A stretch of DNA of 18,793 nt from Ginkgo biloba (taxonomy: Eukaryota > Plantae > Ginkgophyta): the NCBI GenBank assembly GCA_024626585.2, contig JANKJI020000002.1, positions 271,052,328 to 271,071,120 of the forward strand, read 5' to 3'. This document shows, piece after piece, positions 10,471 to 18,793 of this stretch. How positions within the stretch are numbered: the first letter of the stretch is position 1; each line of letters begins with the position of its first letter. Under the pieces are notes generated by a model, which was given only the letters and a program-made list of their open reading frames with translations, made no database searches and was not told the origin of the DNA. The position numbers and the translations under genes were made by a program.

Positions 10471-12292
10471 CTGCAAATCAAAGATATAGTGTCAGACGAA
10501 ATTATTTGACCTGCTAACCCATGTTTGGAACCTCTAAAACCTAGTTTCAAATCAGTACCTGAAAGGATATGTGATTATCCATTGGGTTGATCTCAGTCTT
10601 CTTAAGCATATCATTTGTGTTCGGTCTTTGCATCGAATGTATCCCCATTCCATAATTGAAGAGCCTAACAAAAAATAAAAGGGAAAATATTTTTCCTCAA
10701 ACATCAAAGAACAAGTTGTTGCGTGAAGATAATCTATCAAGCTCCATCGAAGTTGAGGGATCCATGCCTTTTAATAGGAATGAAGCCGAGAACTTCGTCA
10801 TAAAAATTGAGATAGTCTTGAACGGATCTGCAAACCAGAGATATATGATTCAAGGATGAGAGGTAGAGGCCTTACCTTGCTAGATCTGCTTTTAGCTACA
10901 CTCATCGTCATTGCTTTATGCGTGAAGAATATCACTAGATGCTTGGGTTTTACAGAATCACATGACTTTCCCGTGATCGTACTGGATACCTCTTGCTTAA
11001 GAAAATTTAGAGGTTCAGATTTATAAAGGGAAAGTGGAAATAAAATTTCACACACTCGGCCTCAACAAGTTTAGAGCTCTGACCATGAGGAATTTAAGAC
11101 CAAGAATATGGGTGCCAAGTTAAATGTCAAGAAACGTCTTCCAAGGTCTCAAAGCCCTCGGTACCAATACGTAAATGGCGAGAATTTGCTAGAATCTGTT
11201 GACTCGAGGGGGAAAGGCACAGTGGCTCCTGTTAAGGACTAGGGTAATTATGGTAAGTTCATGAATATTTCATCTGAAACATAGATTATAGTTTTGCAAA
11301 ATGGATTTAGGATTATTTATCCTCCTAAAATTAACGATTTTTTTTTTTAAATTATAGATTTTTTTATGCTTAAGATTGATTTTGTCTAGTTTCGGGTGTG
11401 AGATGGATCATAGATGAATTTTCTTTAATTTTGAGTGTTTGAATGTTTCAAGAAGTTGTTGAGCATTATTATTAGTATAGTTATGGAGGGTATCAATCAA
11501 ATTGTGACTAAGGATTTAATTTCACTCTCTAAACAAGATTTGGTGGACTGTGATACTTCATACAAGAAGGGCTGCAACAACGTCCTCATGGATTATGCTT
11601 ATGAATTCATCATCAACAACAACAGAATTGACTCTAAGAAGGTACCCATTTTTTGTTTGTAGTTGCTATTAAATACATTCAAGATTTGATGAGTGGCATT
11701 TATTTTGCCACAGGGTGACAATAGGATTGCCAAGTAAAACTCCTATTTGGTTTGAATTTTCTTTTCATTGGTTGTTGAAAGTTTTCAAAGGCATTCAATT
11801 TTTTAGAAGCAGTTGTAATACTACCAATAGGTTAGTTTTCTTGCATCTTATTCCANNNNNNNNNNNNNNNNNNNNNNNNNNNNNNNNNNNNNNNNNNNNN
11901 NNNNNNNNNNNNNNNNNNNNNNNNNNNNNNNNNNNNNNNNNNNNNNNNNNNNNNNACAAAACAGGGGAAGCTATTTTTTCTCGAACATAAAAGAATAAGT
12001 GCTTACATAAATAAACTGTTAAGGTGTCCCGCAATCCCAGAAACTCTGGAAATGATGCACTCTCTTATAGAATATCCTATTGGTATATGTAATCAAACAG
12101 ATCAAAATCTACTTACCAAGCTCCATCGAAGTTGAAGGATCCAGGCCTCTTAATAGGAATGAAACCAAGAACTTCCTCATAAAAATCGAGAGAGTCCTGA
12201 ACGGATCTGCAAACCAGAGATATATGATTCAAGGAGGAGAGAGGCAGAGGGCCTACCTTGCCAGATCCGCTTTTGGCTGCGTTCATCGTCAT
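10168..12292 (-). CDS. Glyoxalase I-like / lactoylglutathione lyase family (VOC superfamily) protein; best spliced model join(12117..12292, 10559..10664, 10168..10470), 194 aa
   Basis: Manual translation: [59 protein letters not shown]|[35 protein letters not shown]|[14 protein letters not shown]...[34 protein letters not shown]...VP*. The motifs LNHIS, GAWLF, DNHISFQC and [18 protein letters not shown] match plant GLXI-like proteins of the Arabidopsis At1g15380/At1g80160 type, as recalled. All splice sites are GT-AG with compatible phases. The model may join two tandem paralogs across a gap (see findings). Confidence 0.85.
10559..10664 (-). CDS. GLXI-like exon 2
   Basis: Acceptor ttttttgttAG| and donor CAG|GTACTG. 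106 nt encoding (W)[35 protein letters not shown]. Confidence 0.92.
10738..10911 (-). pseudogene. GLXI-like exon 1, disabled proximal copy (copy A)
   Basis: Collinear with 12117-12292 but 174 nt instead of 176 nt. A 2-bp deletion near 10857-10862 causes a premature TGA at 10800-10798. The donor TG|GTAAGTAGATT is changed to TG|ATAGATT. Confidence 0.9.
11019..11025 (-). promoter_or_regulatory. TATA box of GLXI-like copy A
   Basis: TATAAAT in the duplicated 5' segment, homologous to 12402-12408. Confidence 0.6.
11046..11650 (+). pseudogene. Papain-like (C1A) cysteine protease gene fragment, RD21-like; two partial exons and one intron
   Basis: 11055-11252 reads [10 protein letters not shown]/(H)[11 protein letters not shown]...[31 protein letters not shown]|gtaagt, the end of the I29 prodomain and start of the mature domain. 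11452-11650 reads SC*A/...[50 protein letters not shown]. Stops occur at 11240-11242 (Q of KDQG) and 11460-11462 (W of SCWAF). There are frameshifts, and the acceptor AG is apparently changed to AA at 11450-11451. Confidence 0.92.
12117..12292 (-). CDS. GLXI-like exon 1, intact distal copy (copy B)
   Basis: ATG at 12292-12290 in context AAAGCAATG. 176 nt open (58 codons + TG). Strong donor TG|GTAAGT with GT at 12116-12115. Confidence 0.93.
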
Positions 12293-12401
12293 TGCTTTAT
12301 GCGCTAAAAAGTATCACGAGATGCTTAGGTTTTACAGAATCACAGGACTTGCCCGTGAATCGAACCAGATACCTCTTGCTTCAAAAAATTCAGAGGTTCG
12401 G

Positions 12402-12408
12402 ATTTATA
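12402..12408 (-). promoter_or_regulatory. TATA box of GLXI-like copy B
   Basis: TATAAAT (context CTCTATAAATC) about 110 nt upstream of the ATG, conserved at the same position in copy A. Confidence 0.7.
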
Positions 12409-13114
12409 GAGGGAAAGTGGAAATAAAAGCTCCTTTCCCACGCACGACGAGGAACGTGAGAACGATTTGCAGAGACTAAATCACAAAAATTACAAACTTT
12501 CTAGCAGTGACGTTGGGGGGTATCCACGAATTGATAGAACGACACTTCCGGGTCAAAGACAGCTTATCGTTCCAAATTTGCTTTAACAGCCTTTTCAAAC
12601 CTTGCTGTCTGGTATTGAAAACTTGTATCAAATTTGATGGTAATTATTCAGAGGATGATCTTAATCTAGGGTTTGACAAATCGACGGAGGGCTTGTTATG
12701 TCACAGAAAATGCTATAGGGCACGGGCAACTTCAGTATATGCTAATTTGTTCTCTGTTGTCGCAGGTATTCGAATTAACAAGCCCTAGAGACGTGATCAT
12801 TATACTCCCTCTCGTTAATTGCAAACAGCAATGAGAAACGGAAAATCGAAAAACTAAAAATTAAAGATACTGCAAAAGCACAGATGCTGGTTGTAAAGTG
12901 GTGGAAATAAATAGCTCGAGTTCTCTGAGGTCGGTGGCCATGTCAGCCGTCTTGTTGGCAGCAAAAGCATCTGACGCGTCATATTGGTAAGTAATCTTCA
13001 TCATAATTTCCTCGGGGGGTGTGTCAGTGCTCTGCAAAGCGAACAATACCGTCAGCTGTTGCGTGGGTGACAAAGACTTTCAATAGTTCATTATTCGTAG
13101 ACATCGACGATTCT

Positions 13115-13286
13115 GGACAATTGCGCCTGCTATTTTTTCTCAAACTATTGATCACATTCTCACTTTGTGTGTCATCATTGAGGAAGCCCGTTATAATGGT
13201 AAGCCTGTTTATTGTTGCTTTGTCGATTTTTGAAAAGCCTTTGACACTGTCCCTAGACATCTCCTCTTTGAGAGGTTAAGAGCTTT
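13115..13286 (+). mobile_element. Non-LTR retrotransposon (LINE) reverse transcriptase fragment
   Basis: Frame from 13141 reads QTIDHILTLCVIIEEARYNGKPVYCCFVDF*KAFDTVPRHLLFERLRA, the LINE RT DF(R)KAFD(S/T)V motif, with TGA at 13231-13233 (likely from CGA). It ends at a gap. Confidence 0.85.
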
Positions 13287-14059
13287 NNNNNNNNNNNNNN
13301 NNNNNNNNNNNNNNNNNNNNNNNNNNNNNNNNNNNTAAAATGTCTAAATATAGTGGCTTTCTATCAAATTCCAGCTAGAAGCAGAACTGCTCCGGCAGAG
13401 CCAAGAATCTCTGTCACTTTTTAATGGTATTTGAACTTCAGCACGTCCGGAAGGTCAGCAGACGGTAATGGAGGGTGTCATCTTGAGTGTTGAAACTCGT
13501 TACGGAAGGAATTTCATCGCTTCACAATTGTTGATATTCCCTTGAGACCAACCCAGCAGTTGGATGCTTCTGAACAAGTTATCCGGGGGGGTGAAATGAC
13601 TGTGTTTATGGGACAAGCCTTGGAAGTTGGGAAAAGTAAATGGAGAAAGATAAAACCTCTACATCTGGCGTATTATCCAGCATTTCCAACAAGTTGCAAC
13701 AACTTCCATTCGATAGGATTCCCTATTAAGAAGAGACGATATTTATCGTGACACCCTTTGACTGTATGCGGTTGCAAAATTCATTTTTTTAATGCAGTTG
13801 AAAGCTACCCCACAAGAGGCCGGGAATTGCACTGTCAGCTATGACACATGGACAATGGTTAACAGGCAGCCTTTTGTGGTTATCCAGTTGGGAAATCTGT
13901 GTGCGGAATCAGCTATGGAAGAGACGTAGGGGAGGAGAATCCCTGCTGCGTTCGTCATGTTCAACTGCAAACATCCAACCTTTCCATGCCAGCGTGGAGT
14001 GAGAGTGGCCGGCACAAAAGGACAACGCGGGTCTCTGCAGGTGCTTCCGTTGTGCGTTC

Positions 14060-14110
14060 TTTATAGATTTGTGATGATGACGTGTCATTGTTTTTGTTGA
14101 ATTGCACGTG
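14060..14110 (-). promoter_or_regulatory. Candidate core promoter or enhancer module: G-box + ABRE/TGACG + TATA
   Basis: CACGTG at 14105-14110, TGACGTGTCA at 14078-14087, and minus-strand TATAAA at 14065-14060, ordered for leftward transcription. Confidence 0.4.
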
Positions 14111-14492
14111 AATGTAGCAACCCCAACTGTATATTATTTACAGCGGGAACTTTGCCATGCATAATCCACTAAATGTTGGTCTCGTAGGCTCAACCAACCC
14201 CACTTGTAAGAGCACACCATCAAACAGGTGTATGGTCTAAATAAACTGAAGCAAAGAATCTATATTGTTGAGGACCAATAGCCATGTTATTGACAGACGC
14301 CCTTCACTATTATATTACGAAATTGCATACTTAAACAAATAATTACGAGAGTAAAATACAAAATGTTTTGGTTATTATTATTACGGGAATCACCTTTTTG
14401 AGTGGATTGATAGCATGCATTGAAGTCTCGTGCACCCAACAAATGAAATTGATTGATACTCTCCTCTTTCTCCTTCAAACTCTTCACTTCTC

Positions 14493-15540
14493 TTTTTTTT
14501 TGGGGGGGGGGTTGAAATGAGTTATTGTATAATAGAAACAAAAGAAGATTACAATAACTCAAGGGCGATCTTCAAAAAACAAAATGGACCCCACTACAAG
14601 TTTCAAATTGTACAAATTTGAACACAAGGAGATTACAATACAACGAGGTTATAAAAAACAGCTGTTGAAGAGTAATAACAAAAAGAGTAATAACAAAAAT
14701 GGGCACAAGAGGGCTCTAAGTCAAAGTCCAAAATATGATTACATAATACATCAATTTAGAAGAAGAAATAAAATCCTTCCTTGTGAGTGTATAGTTACTG
14801 AGAGTGTTATTGACTTGGAATGAATGACAATTGAACTGAATCCATAAGGGATTGCCAAAGAGCCGCTTGTTGTCATCTTTGGCTAAGTCGAATACACTTG
14901 TGTCGACGGTAATTTTGTTTAGCTATCTCAGGTGAAGAAGAAGTCATGTAACTCGCACCCTACATATGCCAAAAAAAATCTCGAATATGGTCAAACTCTA
15001 ATGCATGGGCTTTCATTCGCGTGTTGATCTGAAAAGGAATCCCCCCCAGAAACATGGCAAAGATATGAGAGATTATATTAGAATTGTTGACATTATTGAA
15101 AACAATGTCATTTCTAATCTTCCAAATACACTAAAGGGATTCAACTCCAACAAAGTACCATGTCTTTAAGAAACCAAATCTAGAGTGTGTTTTGTCAAAA
15201 ATCACAAACTCCCATTGCAAGCGCTGAAAGAAATGATGTTACAAGTTTCAATTTTTTTCCAAATGACCTTAATATGTTGATGGGGCCAAAATAAGTGAAG
15301 AGGGGATTTAATTGTAGTGCAAAAAGGGCAAGACCGCGTAATTCCTAGTTTTTGAAGATCTGAGTTAGCTTGAAGATCATCGTGGAGTAGCAACTAGAGA
15401 GTTTTTTTTCCCTCAATATTGAGAAGCCAAATGATAGCAAACTTGGATTCCCACGCACGAAGAGAGTCAGATCTTTTCCAAATGTGGTTGCATTTTTCTT
15501 GGATGTCAATCTCTTAAATTAGAGTATCTTATTACGAGTT
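14493..15540 (-). mobile_element. 5'-truncated degenerate L1-like LINE (ORF2 C-terminus with zf-RVT, 3' UTR, poly(A))
   Basis: LLHDDLQANSDLQKLGITRSCPFCTTIKSPLHLFW...KVIW (ORF 15202..15393) fits the zf-RVT pattern. Downstream L*CIWKIRNDIVFN (~15095-15136) matches the plant L1 LWxIWxxRNxxxF motif. T9 at 14493-14501 is a candidate poly(A) tail. Ends are approximate. Confidence 0.8.
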
Positions 15541-18119
15541 TTCTAGTGATATGTAGGTAGAGACACCAGGGGCATATGGCAACTTACATGAATTATGTAT
15601 TTTATCAATATCTTGTGATAATTTATACTTTTTGCAAATTAATTCTTTATAAACAAATATATGAAACTATGTAAAAGGACACTTGCCAATCCCTTCAAAC
15701 TTTGTTTAAGTGGAAGAAATAAAAAACAATGAACTCATATTTTATGTGCATTACTATGTCAAGAAAGAAAGTTGGACAAAAAATACGTTTTTATGCCATA
15801 GGCTTAAGTTTAACACCATAACTTTTAAGCGACAAATAAATGCCCCATGAGCATTAAGCAAAGTGGTCACATCTTATCAAATAGAGTACATGTTGGGACA
15901 ATCAAAGCCAACTCAAGTGAAGTATATTCAAATTTCCTAGCTAAAAAAATCACATTTGTGTTCTTACACAAAGATGAAAGCAAGTTTCTATTGCTTTATA
16001 AAAGAAACCACAACTATCACTTCATCATATAATTGCATTTCTAATGGGTGTTTTATGAATAATAGAGATGTGGCATTTTATTTAACCATAATTTAACAAA
16101 TCTCATATGTTCACTTGCATTATGTGTCATACTTGCAATAATGCTTATAAGAANNNNNNNNNNNNNNNNNNNNNNNNNNNNNNNNNNNNNNNNNNNNNNN
16201 NNNNNNNNNNNNNNNNNNNNNNNNNNNNNNNNNNNNNNNNNNNNNNNNNNNNNNNNNNNNNNNNNNNNNNNNNNNNNNNNNNNNNNNNNNNNNNNNNNNN
16301 NNNNNNNNNNNNNNNNNNNNNNNNNNNNNNNNNNNNNNNNNNNNNNNNNNNNNNNNNNNNNNNNNNNNNNNNNNNNNNNNNAAAGCTCATTAAAAGTTGT
16401 GAGCTTCTCTATCGTATGTTTTAAACTATTTACCACTTGAAAAAAGCGAAAGTTTAATGTGCAATGTTTAATTTATATTTTGGAAAGAAAAAGTTATACA
16501 AATTGATATACCACCATATTACAAAAACTTACCTTCTTTGATCTACACTTGCTTATAACATAAAGTTATTTTATTTATGGTTATTGTAATAACACTAGTA
16601 ATATTGGACATGGTTTTATCACTAGTATGTAATCACCATTCAGACAAATACTATATAGAAAAAAACTCTATAATAATCAAATTGTTGCCTTTAAATAATG
16701 ACATTTAGTAATTATCTCCTCATTGTGACTCCATGTTGGCCACACTAAATATTTTGTAGTATTTAAAGCATAGTCATCGCAAGTAATATCAAGTAGTCGG
16801 CATGATAAAACTAGTTGCCTACATTATTTATATTATTGCTTAATGTACTATAATAGGGACAAAAAGACTTCCCTTTCATTTTTGGTGAGATCTAATATAT
16901 TTAACAAACAAACAAAATGAAGTGATCATGTTTTGAAGTAATTATCTATTCTTGCCACCTACTATTTCCCACCTTGTTGTTGATGAATAGATTATTGGTG
17001 TACAATGAGAGAGGACTATAAATATAACATGTATCTACATAACATATTTCACCATTGTAATAAGGATTAAGATGGCCACATAAAATCCCTACTAGCTTGG
17101 CCCAAATTAATCCAAGTTGGATCTCAAGCAGAAGGATAGTTGTTAGCTTCCATTTAATAGTGGTAGGAAAACCAACAATCTTAATAAAAGCCACAAAAGT
17201 AGAGTATGATGTAAGTATGGTAGGTAGTTAGGCCTATAACTAAGTGATCCAAAATTGCTATGTGATCAACAGGCAAAACCATACAAAATAATCTAGCACA
17301 ATTATGAAGATTTTAATCATCATAAATAAAAGATTTAAACAAAGTGTACACATTAATAATTTGGCATCAAATCTAAATTTATTCACATTCAAGTTCTTAT
17401 AGCAACATTAAATTGCNNNNNNNNNNNNNNNNNNNNNNNNNNNNNNNNNNNNNNNNNNNNNNNNNNNNNNNNNNNNNNNNNNNNNNNNNNNNNNNNNNNN
17501 NNNNNNNNNNNNNNNNAAATTAACTTTACTAGAAAGCCAAGGGTAACTTACCAACTAATATATATATTTTAGGACAAATATATTATTTAAAAATAGTAGA
17601 AGAACACTAGTAAACCCATCCAACACTTCCAAATAACAAATGAGACTAGAACTTAGAGAGATCAAGGGTGGTTGACATAAGGAAGAGAATTGAAACTATG
17701 AAATCTAGTTATACCATTCTTAATAAGAAGTAATATCATACCCACAACTATTTTGATTTTTTCTTTAATGGAAGCAGGTAAGAAAAAAGGCATCTCTTTA
17801 CCTATGAGAGCATTTGGGATGTTGTAGGAATAACCAAAAATAATATAAAATGGAGATATTTTGTAACTACTATCCAAGGAAAAGTATAGGACTAGTAATA
17901 AAAAAAACAATATCACTCAAGAATGGACCAGTTAATAAATGGTTGAAACAACCTTTAAGGATGTGCATTCCTNNNNNNNNNNNNNNNNNNNNNNNNNNNN
18001 NNNNNNNNNNNNNNNNNNNNNTAAAGAACTTGGAATATAAATGATAGGGGTATATTAAGGATTATTATGGATATTTTAAGACCTCCATTGCACAATATTA
18101 ATATATATTACTAGAATAA

Positions 18120-18660
18120 TAGAATATTTATTTGTTCACAGCTAATCTCACATCTAGCATACGAGCCTAGGTTAAGAAAAGAAATTTGTGAATATCTCAT
18201 AAAGCCCTAGTAAGTAATTCAAATGGAAGTTGAAGCTAAATGGACTTAGATGGATGCATTGGAAAAAAATCATGAGCTATCCCAAAATATTAAGTAAATG
18301 AACTATTCCATTAAGAAGATGAGCTATAATCCATACTTAAAAAATGATCTGATTTGGTGTAAATCACGTAGAACAAAATATCTTAAAAATGAGTGTCCTA
18401 CCTAGGACAAACCTAGCACCTCTGGAATTATACCAAGAATAATTTCTTGAGTAACCCTAAAAAATATCTCAAATGGTCAAATGAAAGTACTAAATCTAAG
18501 AATAATATTGGATCCTGTTTCATAAAATTACCTCAAGACATCAAGATAGTAGATTCTTTCAAGGTTGATACAAAATTTAAGGTGGCATATGTATCTATCA
18601 TAAAATTTTTTAAACATAATGGATGTGGTCATACCTAAAAAATATTCCCTTGTTCATACT
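18120..18660 (+). mobile_element. Highly degenerate LTR-retrotransposon gag-like remnant
   Basis: Decayed zinc-knuckle-like IWCKSRRTKYLKNECPT (~18352-18402) and a second GHT-containing remnant near 18600-18650. Many stops; CpG-depleted. Confidence 0.4.
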
Positions 18661-18793
18661 TAGGCATTACAATTTTCTAAATATGTGTCATCTGTAATCA
18701 TGATGCAATTAGTATTTTGGGAATTAGTATATTAATGTATCAAGATATTATAAATGAGTTTTATAATATGATAAAATTTTATGAATATTTTGA

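Noticed and set aside
10870-10878. Cryptic donor AAG|GTAAGG in copy A exon 1 that might rescue splicing
   Set aside because: It is phase 0 and so out of frame with exon 2. Joining it to exon 3 would give only half a VOC domain, and there is no supporting evidence.
10656-12479. Plus-strand ORFs 10656..10859, 12080..12307 and 12258..12479 sharing SSIEVEGS...[12 protein letters not shown]
   Set aside because: Antisense shadows of the duplicated GLXI-like exon 1 and 5'UTR, not a separate gene family.
12861-13260. Minus-strand ORFs 12861..13073 and 13024..13260 as a frameshifted gene
   Set aside because: 13024..13260 is largely antisense to the LINE RT fragment, and neither ORF has a recognisable domain.
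13620-13970. Short inverted repeats (TGGAAGTTG/CAACTTCCA; TGCAGTTGAA/TTCAACTGCA) as miRNA precursors
   Set aside because: Only 9-10 bp pair, with no extended duplex and no match to conserved plant miRNAs that I recognise.
14668-14697. 15-bp tandem duplication (AAGAGTAATAACAAA x2)
   Set aside because: Simple slippage inside a LINE relic; not CRISPR-like.
14472-15701. CCTTCAAACT at 14472 and 15692 as the LINE target-site duplication
   Set aside because: The left copy does not abut the poly(T), and the match does not extend to the junction.
15800-16620. Possible Helitron Rep/helicase N-terminal remnant (CHTCNNAYK and nearby weak motifs)
   Set aside because: The similarity is too weak and interrupted by a gap; it would need a profile search to support.

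Overview
This is eukaryotic nuclear DNA from a gap-rich scaffold of a large plant genome. A gymnosperm/conifer origin is an inference from the AT-rich, CpG-depleted and heavily decayed retroelements. A CpG-retaining gene island (~9.9-14.2 kb) sits among degenerate Ty3/gypsy and LINE remnants. The island holds a spliced, minus-strand glyoxalase I-like (VOC superfamily) locus that the ORF track only partly shows. Exon 1 and its core promoter occur twice. The distal copy (12117-12292) is intact, and its intron runs into an unsized gap just before the expected acceptor. The proximal copy (10738-10911) has a 2-bp frameshift and has lost its GT donor, but is followed by intact exons 2 and 3. Between the copies lies an intron-containing, inactivated fragment of an RD21-like papain cysteine protease gene, fused about 20 bp upstream of the proximal TATA box. 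Further upstream are a LINE RT fragment, an orphan G-box/ABRE/TATA module and a 5'-truncated L1-like LINE with a 3' hairpin. I found no convincing novel biological system. The duplication and gene-fragment architecture of the VOC locus is the most notable signal.
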